A DNA stretch of 63,529 nucleotides, counting the filler, from Chrysochromulina tobinii (lineage: Eukaryota), in assembly GCA_001275005.1 (NCBI GenBank). It is 9 parts of 9 records of this genome, joined end to end, with 100 filler letters (N's around TTAATTAATTAA, not from the genome) between each part and the next. Parts side by side here need not be neighbours in the genome. Positions count along the whole stretch, not along the records: positions 1 to 9,798 come from JWZX01000326.1; positions 9,899 to 12,557 come from JWZX01000327.1; 7 more parts are not named here. One strand, 5' to 3'. This document shows positions 1-10,193 of this stretch, piece after piece; position 1 is the first letter of the stretch; each line of letters opens with the position of its first letter. The notes beneath the pieces are model-generated. The model was not told where the DNA came from. It searched no databases and saw nothing but the letters and a program-made list of their open reading frames with translations. A program made the translations under genes and the position numbers.

Positions 1-267
1 AACCTCCCCCAGTGTAACTGATTGACTCTGACACTCACGCGCCGCATCCCCATCACTCGAAACGAACGGACAGGAGTGGCCGCCCCCACACACGCTCACG
101 CGTCATCACTCAATTGGCATCTTCATCGGGCGTCTTCGTGGGCATGCCCCACCTTCACTCTTGAGGAAACTCTCAGACAGTCACAGTGGGACTGTCTCTC
201 TGAAACTCGCGAACTCTCTCTGTAACGGGGGGGTCACGCTTCGCATCGGGGACTCCATGATCGACCG

Positions 268-975
268 TCACCCAGGCTCAGCGCCCACCACCTGCACCAC
301 ATCATCGATGCTATTCCGCCAGCCACGACCGCGCCCTCGACCTTTGCCTTTTGCTCGAGCCAGCCGCTTCTCGTACACGCCTGGCTGTTCCCAAGCGCGC
401 CAGTTCGTAAGGCTTGCCCCTTTGTTGGAGTTCATCCCCTCAATTCCAGTCGTCCATTGCACGCTGAGATCGACAGTGCCACCGATGACGCCGCCCGTCC
501 ACGGCACGTGGCTCGGTGTGTCTGCGCCGTAGTACGTTTTACGAACATGCCGATGCTTTCGTCGAAATGCGTCACTGTAGCGGCCACGCTGCCCATACAC
601 AGCGTGCTCCGGGGAATGCTGGTTCTTGAGCCAGCACTCGCCATACGTGTGGTTCCAGCCAGTGTCAAGGCCCCAACATACCGGCAATGGGCAGAAGACC
701 CAGCTATTACATGGTCGCTTGGCGTTCCGGGGATCTGCCGCGTGTGCTTGGCACCGATCGCAGCAGTCTTGCGCAGACGCTGCACGGTGGTTAATGCCAA
801 AGACCACCGCATAGCCGCCGGTGTCCGAGTGCGGCTCCTCACCACAGATGCCAGAGGTGGTGACGCCCGGGCAGTCTTCTGGGCACGAAATTGCATCCTC
901 AGCAGCATCGCACTTCTTATCGCCGCATCCCGTCAAAACCGCCACGGCGGCGAGAAAAGGCAACAGCGATAACAT
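268..975 (-). CDS. Secreted or membrane-anchored PAN/Apple-domain protein
   Basis: Hydrophobic N-terminus (MLSLLPFLAAVAVLTGC). The Cys pattern SAQDCCDRC...CNSWVFC...ECWLK...VPWTGG matches plant/algal Apple (PAN_4)-domain proteins. Intronless ORF. Confidence 0.75.
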   Translation of the reverse strand: MLSLLPFLAAVAVLTGCGDKKCDAAEDAISCPEDCPGVTTSGICGEEPHSDTGGYAVVFGINHRAASAQDCCDRCQAHAADPRNAKRPCNSWVFCPLPVCWGLDTGWNHTYGECWLKNQHSPEHAVYGQRGRYSDAFRRKHRHVRKTYYGADTPSHVPWTGGVIGGTVDLSVQWTTGIEGMNSNKGASLTNWRAWEQPGVYEKRLARAKGKGRGRGRGWRNSIDDVVQVVGAEPG

Positions 976-1650
976 CTTTCCCGGGAGGGGGACGTCCTTG
1001 ACGATTTTTTAGCTGTGAAAAGAAAACCTGGAAACCTTCCGCGCACGACCCGTATCAAGTTTGTGCATGCGCAGCGGGCATTTCTCAGGAGTCTCAGCCT
1101 TTTGACTGCCTGGACGCTGGAGTATGTTTCAGGCTTTCAGCGGTGCACCACCAGTGCACCGCCTCGAACTCAACAAGACGGAACACGAAGCGGGAAGCCG
1201 AACCGCGAACGCACAATTGCCGTACGCAACCGGCCGCGGGATCGGATGGCGATATGCGCGCCGAGCCGCCGACCGCGAGCGACGCTATACCTAGCGAATC
1301 CGCGCGAACGACTCGCGCACGTCCGCGTCGCCGGGCGCCAAATCGAACTCTCGATAGTAGCTCGATAGCAACATCACCTCTGTGACTCTGACTCCCTAGG
1401 CGCTAGGTCGGTCGCTTGGTCGGTCTCCCGAGCGCTACTGTCTCGGGATGTCGCCGCGCGCGCGCCCTCGCACCGCAGCCGCAGGTGGCCCCAGGGTCGC
1501 CAGCCCCGTGCCCCGGATGCGGCGCTATGGATACCACCATTCTCATCTTGCGAACCCTCCCGGACTGGGATTTGGCCCTCCCTGGGCCTGCTGCGCCGCC
1601 GCCTGCTGTGCTGCCAGCTGCTGCTGGTATTGTTGCCGCTGTAGCAGCAT

Positions 1651-1758
1651 CTGCTGCTGCTGCTGCTGATGCTGATGATGATGATGATGATGATGCTGAG
1701 GCTGAGGCTGATGCTGCTGCTGCTGCTGCTGCTGCTGATAATGCTGCTGCTGATGATA

Positions 1759-1840
<82 letters not shown>

Positions 1841-1867
1841 ATGCATGCATGTGCATGCTGCGGTGGC

Positions 1868-1924
<57 letters not shown>

Positions 1925-1935
1925 TGCAGCGGCGG
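1651..1935. repeat. Compound trinucleotide microsatellite (GCT)n/(GAT)n followed by (GCG)n
   Basis: Long tgc/gct run at ~1651-1840 and ggc run at ~1861-1935. Reads as poly-Q/poly-H/poly-P on the minus strand. Confidence 0.95.
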
Positions 1936-2006
1936 TGGCTGCTCACGGTTCCCTTTCCCACACGGCTCCCTTTCCCACACGGCTCCCTCTCCCTCGGTGT
2001 GCGCAG

Positions 2007-5000
2007 GCTTCCTTTCCGAGTCACCCGAGTTTGCACGCGCCCTGGGCGCCGCGGGCATCACGTTCGTCGGGCCGACCGTTGAGGTGCGACTGATGGCGAC
2101 TGATTGCGACTGATTGCCGACCGTTGAGGTGCTACTGATGGCTACTCATTGCCACGCATTGCCGCTCATTGCTGCTCATTGCCGCTGAGTGCGGCTAGCT
2201 GCGACTGATTGCGACTGATTGCGGCTGATCTTTTACGTTTGGACTTGCTCGCAGAATCTGATGACGTTCGCCGATAAGACGACGGCACGCGCCGCGGCGA
2301 TCGCTGCGGGGGTCCCGGTAGTGCCCGGTACAGCGCGAGATCACGAAGACCGAGTGCTCCTGAGTGCCTCGACTGACCTGTGATTGGCTCCCTCATCAGG
2401 AACGGGGATGATCACGAAGACCGAGGACGCGATGGAATTCGTGACGAAGAATGGGCTACCGGTCATCATCAAGGCGGCTATGGGCGGCGGTGGCAAGGGG
2501 ATGCGTGTGGTGCGCCTGATGGCCGTTGATGACCTCTGATGACCTCTGATGACCTCTGATGACCTCTGATGACCTCTGATGACCTCTGATGACCTCTGAT
2601 GACCTCTGATGACCTCTGATGACCTCCGATTGCCCCCCTCATCAGGTGCGGCGCGTCGAGGATCTCATACCGTTCTTCAACTCGGCCTCGTCCGAAGCCA
2701 AAGCTTCCTTCGGTGACGGCTCCGTCTTCATCGAGCGCTTCGTCGATCGACCTCGGCACATCGAGATCCAGATCATCGGAGATGGCAAGGGGAATGTGGT
2801 GCACCTGTGGGAGCGCGACTGCTCAGTACAGCGCCGCCACCAGAAGGTGCTCAAGACGGCGCCCGCGTGGACTAGCCGCATGCGGGCGCTCACCACGGCG
2901 CCCACCCTCTTCCCCACAGGTGATCGAGATGGCGCCCGCGTGGACTTTGCCGATGGAGCTGCGCACCAAGCTGCATGCGGACGCGGTGCGTCTCACGGCG
3001 GCGGCCAAGTACAAGAATGCAGGCACGGTCGAGTTCCTCGTGGATGCCGAGGGGCGCTACTACTTCATCGAGGTCAACCCCCGTATCCAGGTGTGTTCCT
3101 CTGATGGCGTCTGATGGCGTCTGATGGCCTCTGATGGCCTCTGATCGCCTCTGATGGCCTCTAATTGCCTCTGATGGCCTCTGATGGCCTCTGATGGCCT
3201 CTGATGGCCTCTGATGGCCTCTGATGGCCTCTGATGGCCTCTGATGGCCTCTGATGACCCTATCTTGCCCCCGATGCGCGCAGGTTGAGCACACTGTCAC
3301 GGAGGAGGTGACCGGCATCGACCTCGTCCAAGCTCAATTTCGTGTCGCTGCGGGCGCCTCTCTTGAAGAGATCGGGCTCGTGCAGGCGAGCAGCCCCTGA
3401 TGACCTCTGATTGCATACGATCGCATACGATTGCATACGGTTGCATACGATTGCATACGGTTGCATCTGATTGCATCCGATTGCATCAGATTGCATCTGA
3501 GTGCATCTGATGACCCCTGATGACCCCTGATGACCTCCCTCATCAGGATCGTATCAGTGCATCTGATGACCCCTGATGACCCATGATGACCTCCCTCATC
3601 AGGATCGTATCAGTGTGCGCGGCGTCGCCATCCAATGCCGCGTGACCACGGAGAATGTGGAACGTGACTTCGCGCCTGATACCGGTACGCGCTCGGTCTC
3701 TTCCCGCCACCCGCGGCCGCTTCTGGGCCGTGCGAGCCTGCGAGCATGCATGCGCTCACCACGGCGCTCGCGCGCGCGCTTCCCCACAGGCACGCTCTCG
3801 GTCTACCGGCACTCGGCCGGATTTGGGATGCGGATGGATGGGATCGGCTACTCGGGCATGACGATCACGCCGTACTACGACTCGCTCCTGGTCAAGTATA
3901 CCGCGCGCGGCTCCACGTTTGGGGAGACGCTGCTGCGGATGCGGCGTGCGTTACAGGAGGCGCGCATCCGAGGTGTGAAGACCAACATCCCCTTCCTGCT
4001 CAACTGCCTCACGCATCCGCAGTTCGAGTCGGGCAAGGTGCGGCGGAGATTGCGATGGAGATTGTGATGGAGATTGCGGTGGAGATCGCGGCGGAGATGG
4101 CGATGGAGATGGCGATGGAGATTGCGGCGGAGATTGTGGCGGAGATTGTGGCTGAGTGCGGCTGCATGCCTCTGAGACGGGCGAGGGGCTCACGGCAGCG
4201 CCCCTTAGGTGCCCACGGCAGCGCCCCTTAGGTGCTCACGGCGGCGCCCGTTCGCCCTCGGTTCGCGGCAGGTGACGACGTCGTTCATTGACGAAAACCC
4301 AGATCTCCTCTCGATCTCGACCTCGAGATGGAACTTTGCAGACCGTTCGCAGGTCGACATGAAGCGCGTCGGGTTCGTCGAAAAGCTGATGCGCTATCTC
4401 GCCAATCTCGCCGTCAACGGCCACCCGGCCGCGCTCGGCGCCGACCCGACGACGCTGCACAAGATCTCGTCGGACGTGTTCACACCGACCGCGCCCAAGA
4501 CGGCGCCGGCGACCGCCGACCCATATTCGGCCGACTTTCCAAAAGGAGGTTGGCGCTCGGTGTTGCTAAAGGAGGGGCCGAAGGGCTATGCGAAGCGGGT
4601 GAGAGGATGCACGACGGGTCTGATTGGGTTCTGATTGGGCTCTGATTGGGCTCTGATTCTGATTGGGTTCTGATTGAGGTCTGATTGAGGTCTGATTCTG
4701 ATTGGGTTCTGATTGCTCCTTTCATCAGGTACGCGAGCACAAGGGTCTGTTGCTCACCGATACCACTTGGCGTGACGCGCACCAGTCGCTGCTGGCGACG
4801 CGCATGCGCACCAAGGATCTTCTTGGTTGTGCGGCGTATACCTCGGAGGCGCTTGACCGCTGCTTCAGCCTCGAGATGTGGGGAGGTGTGCCTCTGATGA
4901 CCACTGATGACGCTTTGTTTGGTCCAGCCTCGAGATGTGGGGAGGTTTGCCTCTGATGGCCTGGGCGGCCCTGCATGCAAGCGCTCACGACGGCGCCTCG

Positions 5001-5212
5001 CCACCTCCCCACAGGAGCGACTTTTGACGTGTCGATGCGCTTCCTTCACGAGTGCCCGTGGGAACGCCTCGAGCAGCTGCGTGCGGCTGTGCCCAACGTG
5101 CCGTTCCAGGTGAGGGCCACTGATGATCACTGATGACCCCTGATGACCTCTGATGATCCCTGATTGTGCCCCCAATCTCCCATTCCAGATGTTGCTGCGC
5201 GGCGCCAACGCC

Positions 5213-5245
<33 letters not shown>

Positions 5246-8200
5246 TACAAGTTCTGTGAGCAGGCGAAGAAGAGCGGTACGTGGATGGCCCGCTGAGGAC
5301 CTTGATTGCCTGTCTGCTCGCCTCTGATGACCTCTGATTGCTCGACGAGGACGCGGCGGTACGTGGATGGCCCCGCCGAGGACCTGCCTTGCATGCACGC
5401 GCTCACGACGGCGCCCTCGCTTCCCCACAGGCATCGACATCTTCCGGGTCTTCGACTCGCTCAACTATCTCGACAATCTCAAGCTCGGCGTCGACGCGGC
5501 GCTCGCGGCGGGCGCCTTCGTCGAAGGTGCGATCTCGTACACGGGAGATGTGGCCAACCCGGCCAAGACCAAGTACAATCTGGAGTACTACGTCAATCTC
5601 GCGCGCGAGCTCCAGGCGATGGGCGTGCACTCGCTCGCAATCAAGGACATGGCGGGGCTTCTCACGCCGCGCTCGGCTTCGCTGCTGGTGATTGCCACTG
5701 AGTGCCACTGAGTGCCATTGATGACCCGCGGCTGGCCGCTGCATGCAGCTGCGCTTGCGCGCTGCTTGCCCCCGCTGCTTGGCGACGGCGGCCCTCACTC
5801 ACGCGATGACGAAACACTTAAGTTTTGATTTGACGAATCTGACGCCCTTAGGGGCCGTGATTCCAATCCCCGTGTTACTGAGCGTACGAGCACCGGCTGA
5901 TGGGCCGCTGATGGCCCTCGTCATTAAGAGCACCAGCGCGGCTGGTGGGCCGCGGATGGCCCTCGTCATTGCCCTCAATGGCCCTTGATGGCCGCGGATG
6001 GCCTTCGTCACGTGCACATGCTCAAGGCCTCTCACGACATCTCACGGGCCCCTAATTGCCGCTCACGGCCCCTAATTGCCTCTCACGGCCCCTAATTGCT
6101 GCCCTCGTTGGCCCCCTCATTAGGTGAGCGCCATCCGCAAGGAGTGCCCGGAGCTGCCCATCCACGTGCACACCCACGACACCGCGGGCGCCGGCGTCGC
6201 ATCCATGCTGGCCGCGGCTGAGGCCGGCGCCGACATCGTCGACGTAGCGATCGACGCGATGTCCGGGCTCACGTCGCAACCGTCGCTCGGCGCGATGGTG
6301 GCCAATCTCGCAGGCTCGAGATTAGACACTGGGCTGGATCCGAGCATGGTTGGGCCGCTCAACTCGTACTGGGAGACGGTAATCAACTGCCAAATACTAA
6401 TGATTACCATTGATTACCATTGATTACCATGGTCGGGCCGCTCAACTCGTACTGGGAGACGGTAATCAGTTGCCAATGACCAATGATTACCATTGATTAC
6501 CATTGATTACCATTGTTGGACCTCTCAACTCGTCCTGGGAGACGGTAGAATGGCACCGGACCTCCCCTCTGCCTGAGCCCCTCTGCCTGAGACATCCGCG
6601 CCCTGCATGCGCGTGCTCACGGCGGCGCGCACCCCCGTGCACCCTCCCCTTGCGGCAGGTTCGCTCCAACCTGTACGTGCCGTTCGAGTCGGGCCAACTC
6701 TCGACGCTCGGCATGCATGTGCTCACCGCGGCGCCCTCCTCTCCCCACAGGTACGTGCCGTTCGAGTCGGGCCAGCTCTCGACCTCGTCCGACGTGTACG
6801 AGCACGAGATCCCGGGAGGTCAGTACACGAACCTTCTCTACCAGTCTCGTCAGCTCGGCCTCTCCGCTAAATGGCCCGAGATTAAGGCGATGTATGCCAA
6901 GGCGAACTTGCTGCTCGGCGACATTCCGAAGGTGACGCCCCTCTGATTGATGTCTGATTGCAATCTGAGTCCAATCTGATTGCAATCTGATTGCAATCTG
7001 ATTGCCTCGCTGCTCGGCGATATTCCAAAGGCGGTGCCCCTCTGATTGATGTCTGATTGCAACCCCTCCCCCTGCCCCGTCCCCCTACCACTTCCTCTAC
7101 AACTCCCCCTCACCCTCACCCTTCCCCCTTTCCCCACAGGTAACGCCTTCATCCAAGGTCGTGGGCGACCTCGCACAGTTCATGGTCTCCCAGCGCCTCG
7201 AGCCAGAGGACGTCCTCGAGCAGGTGCGTCCTCTGATTGCCTTTGATTGCCTCTGATTGCGACTGATTGCGCCTCGAGCCAGAGGATGTTCTCGAGCAGG
7301 TGCGTCCTCTGATTGCCTTTGATTGCCTCTGATTGCGACTGATTGCGCCTCGAGCCAGAGGATGTTCTCGAGCAGGTGCGTCGTCGTCCTCTGATTGCGC
7401 CTTGATTGCGCCTCCGTGGCTGTGCCCTTTGATTGCGCCTTGATTGCGCCTTGATTGCGCCTCCGTGGCTGTGCCCTTTGATTGAGCCTTGATGATGATG
7501 ATGAGAGTCCTCTGATGAGGCCCATCATCACACGAGCCAGCGTCGATGACGACACCAATCAACCATTTCAGCCGAACTGACCTTCGGGCAGCACTTGACG
7601 AAATTCATGGAACCATACTCTCCCTTCGGAGGCGCTCGCTCTCCCTTCCTTTGATCTCCCTTGATCTCCCTTGATTGCCCTTGATGACCCTTGACGACCC
7701 TTGACGACCCTTGATCACCCTTGATCTCCCCCCTTGACTGCCCCCCTTCTTTTCCCCCCCTCTGACAACCCCCCCCTGCTTGCACCGCCCCCCCCCGCTT
7801 GCAGGCCGAGACGCTCGCCTTCCCCGAGTCAGTCGTCGAGTACTTCCAGGGTGCCATCGGCATCCCCCCCGGAGGCTTCCCAGAGCCTCTCCGCACCAAA
7901 ATGCTCAAGGGGCGCGCCGGCAAGGTCTTCGACGGCCGCCCCGGCGCGTCGTTGCCTCCGTACGACTTCGCCGAGGCTGAGTCCAAACTTCGTCAAACGT
8001 TCGGGCAGTGGCTCAGCGACAAGGATGTCCTCTCGCATGCAATGTACCCGAAGGTGTTCAATGAGTGGAAGAAGTACGAGCTCATCTACGGCGAGGTGCG
8101 TGATTGGCCTTGATTGGCCTTGATTGGCCTTGATGACCGTATGTGCTCATCTACGGTGATGACTCGCGCAATCAGGTTGGCAATCTGCCGACGCATCTCT

Positions 8201-9100
8201 TCCTCAAGCCGATGGAGCCAGGGCAGGAGGTGATGAGCCCTGATGAGCCCTGATGAGCACTGATCACCACTGATGGCTCTCTTCCTCAAGTTGCCGATGG
8301 AGCCAGGGCAGGAGGTGTCCCTCGAGCTTGAGAAGCCTTGATTGCGTCTGATTGCGTCCCTCATCAGGTGTCCCTCGAGCTTGAGAAGCCTTGATTGCGT
8401 CTGATTGCGTCCCTCATCAGGTGTCCCTCGAGCTTGAGAAGGGGAAGTCGCTGCTCGTCAAGCTCGTCTCCATCCCCCCCCCGAATGAGGACGGCATCCG
8501 ACAGGTGATCATGGAGCTCAACGGCGAACGCTGGTTCGTCTCGATCACGGACGAGAAGGCCGGTGCGGCGGTGCGCAGGCGTGAAAAGGCCGGCGCACCA
8601 GGTACTGTGGGGGCGACGATGCCCGGTGTGATCGTCGACATCAAGGTCAAGCAGGGCGACTTCGTCAAGGAAGGCGACCAGCTCGCGGTGCGTCTGATTG
8701 CCTCTGATGACAACGATTTCGTCAAGGAAGGCGACCAGCTCGCGGTGCGCGCGCGCGCGCGCCGTGCTGGGCGTGTGCGATTGCCTAATTCGGCGAGTCT
8801 CAAAATACGCGTGATTGCGTCCCTCTTCACACATAATTGCGTCCCTCTTCACACGTGATTGCGTCCCTCTTCACACGTGATTGCGTCCCTCTTCACACTT
8901 GATTGCGTCCCTCTTTACAGGTCCTCTCGTCCATGAAGATGGAGACTGTCATCCCCGCCCCCGCCACCGGCATCGTCGAACGCGTCCTCGTGAGCGCTGG
9001 CGACAATGTGGCCGCCGACGACCTCCTCGCCGTCATCGGAGACGCCAAGCCGCCGACCTCGGGGGGGGGCGGCAAGGTGGAGAAGCTCTGGGCGCAGTAA
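2007..9100 (+). CDS. PYC: Pyruvate carboxylase, 5'-incomplete, 21 exons: 2007-2083, 2255-2327, 2400-2509, 2646-2846, 2920-3090, 3284-3385, 3603-3684, 3790-4037, 4272-4598, 4729-4885, 5015-5109, 5189-5276, 5431-5687, 6124-6378, 6659-6672, 6751-6931, 7140-7223, 7805-8095, 8176-8229, 8421-8687, 8921-9100
   Basis: The spliced frame is continuous (about 1104 codons). Biotin carboxylase motifs: [41 protein letters not shown]. Carboxyltransferase motifs: [53 protein letters not shown]. Biotinyl domain: SMKMET. Confidence 0.95.
5801..5885 (+). ncRNA. Candidate intronic box C/D snoRNA (PYC intron 5688-6123)
   Basis: AT-rich island with C-like GCGATGA (5803-5809), D' CTGA (5839-5842), a GCCC/GGGC hairpin, C'-like GTGATT, D box CTGA (5878-5881) and ACGC/GCGT ends. 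TCCCCGTGTT before the D box is complementary to the conserved 18S rRNA stretch AACACGGGGA (rRNA sequence recalled, not searched). Confidence 0.45.
7534..7641 (+). ncRNA. Candidate intronic box C/D-like snoRNA (PYC intron 7224-7804)
   Basis: Terminal stem GAGC-C-AGCGTC / GGCGCT-C-GCTC, GATGA at 7545-7549, CTGA at 7577-7580, a CC-TTCG-GG tetraloop and C'-like TTGACGA. ACCATACTCTCCCT (7612-7625) can pair with conserved 18S GGGGGGAGUAUGGU using two G-U pairs. The D box is non-canonical (CGGA). Confidence 0.45.
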
Positions 9101-9798
9101 GTGCTCAGCACGGCGCAGAGGCTCTTGGCGTAATAAGTGCTCATCACGGCGGAGAGGCTCTGGGCGCAGTAAGCGCTTATAAGTGCTCAGCAACAACAAG
9201 TGTCCATGCGCGGGACGTGTGGGCAGAGGGTTGGAGGCTCGTCGACATGACACGCCCCCGGTTTCGTCAGGCAGAGGGTTGGAGGCTCGTCGACAGAGGA
9301 AGCTTGATGGCGCATAGGCCATCGCGCGGCGCTCGGCGGCGGAGCTTGATCCGCCTTAGGTGTGTGAATTGGGTAGGGGTGTGAATGTAGGGGTGTGAAT
9401 TGGGTGGGACAGGGGTTGGCGACTTGGCAACACATGTGTGGCGCGCCCCGGGCACTCGGGACACTTGATCGAGACATTGCATGCGTCTCTGGTGATCTCC
9501 GCGATGCAACCTTAGCATGGAGCATGGGAGGGTCTTCGTCGCGCATCGGTCAGTCCGGCATGAGAGGGGTTCGTGGCGTGGGGTTGAGGGCGCAGGACTG
9601 GAAGGTGCAGCGCCGGCCAAGGGTGGAGCGTATGCCGCTGCTGGGGCTGCGGCGAGGGCGGGGAGAGTAGGCTGGACGATCGGCTGGAATCTGGAGATGG
9701 AGTCTCGAGTCAGGGTGCGGCGCCGGGTTGGGACCCTTCCCTGCTGTAACTACCCAGGGCAACCTGCAGCCCTTGGCCGCGACTGCGACTGGCCGGCG

Positions 9799-9898
9799 NN
9801 NNNNNNNNNNNNNNNNNNNNNNNNNNNNNNNNNNNNNNNNNNTTAATTAATTAANNNNNNNNNNNNNNNNNNNNNNNNNNNNNNNNNNNNNNNNNNNN
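9799..9898. other. Artificial contig-joining spacer
   Basis: N44-TTAATTAATTAA-N44 stop-codon linker. Confidence 0.98.
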
Positions 9899-9901
9899 GA
9901 G

Positions 9902-10193
9902 ACCGTCATCGACAAAACGTCGTTGACGGTTTTTGAGCCAAACCGTCATCGACGTAAAAGTCGATGACGGTGTTAGTCGGAGACCGCCATCGACGAAAAA
10001 GTCGATGACGGTGTCTGAGCCACACCGTCATCGACGAGTGACGGTTTCAATTAGCACCTGTCATCGATAAAGTTTGTCGATGACGGGGGCTGACTCACAC
10101 CGTCATCGACGTTTTTGTCGATGACGGTTTGAGTCAAAGACCGTCATCGAGAAAGTTTGTCGATGACGGGGTGGTCTTGCAACCGTCATCGAC
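9902..10193. repeat. Array of ACCGTCATCGAC-N5-7-GTCGATGACGGT hairpins with 11-nt spacers
   Basis: Seven hairpin units (one with an internal deletion) plus a half unit. Confidence 0.95.

Noticed and set aside
1374..2113. Poly-A/S/L/G ORFs in several frames
   Set aside because: They are products of trinucleotide repeats. Only a poly-Q fragment is plausible, and no gene model can be supported.
2478..3543. Minus-strand ORFs with [18 protein letters not shown] repeats
   Set aside because: These are antisense translations of the intronic 10-nt satellite, not proteins.
9843..9854. TTAATTAATTAA as a biological motif, and ORFs ending in ...XXXLIN
   Set aside because: It is an identical linker centred in every 100-nt N gap and therefore an assembly artefact.
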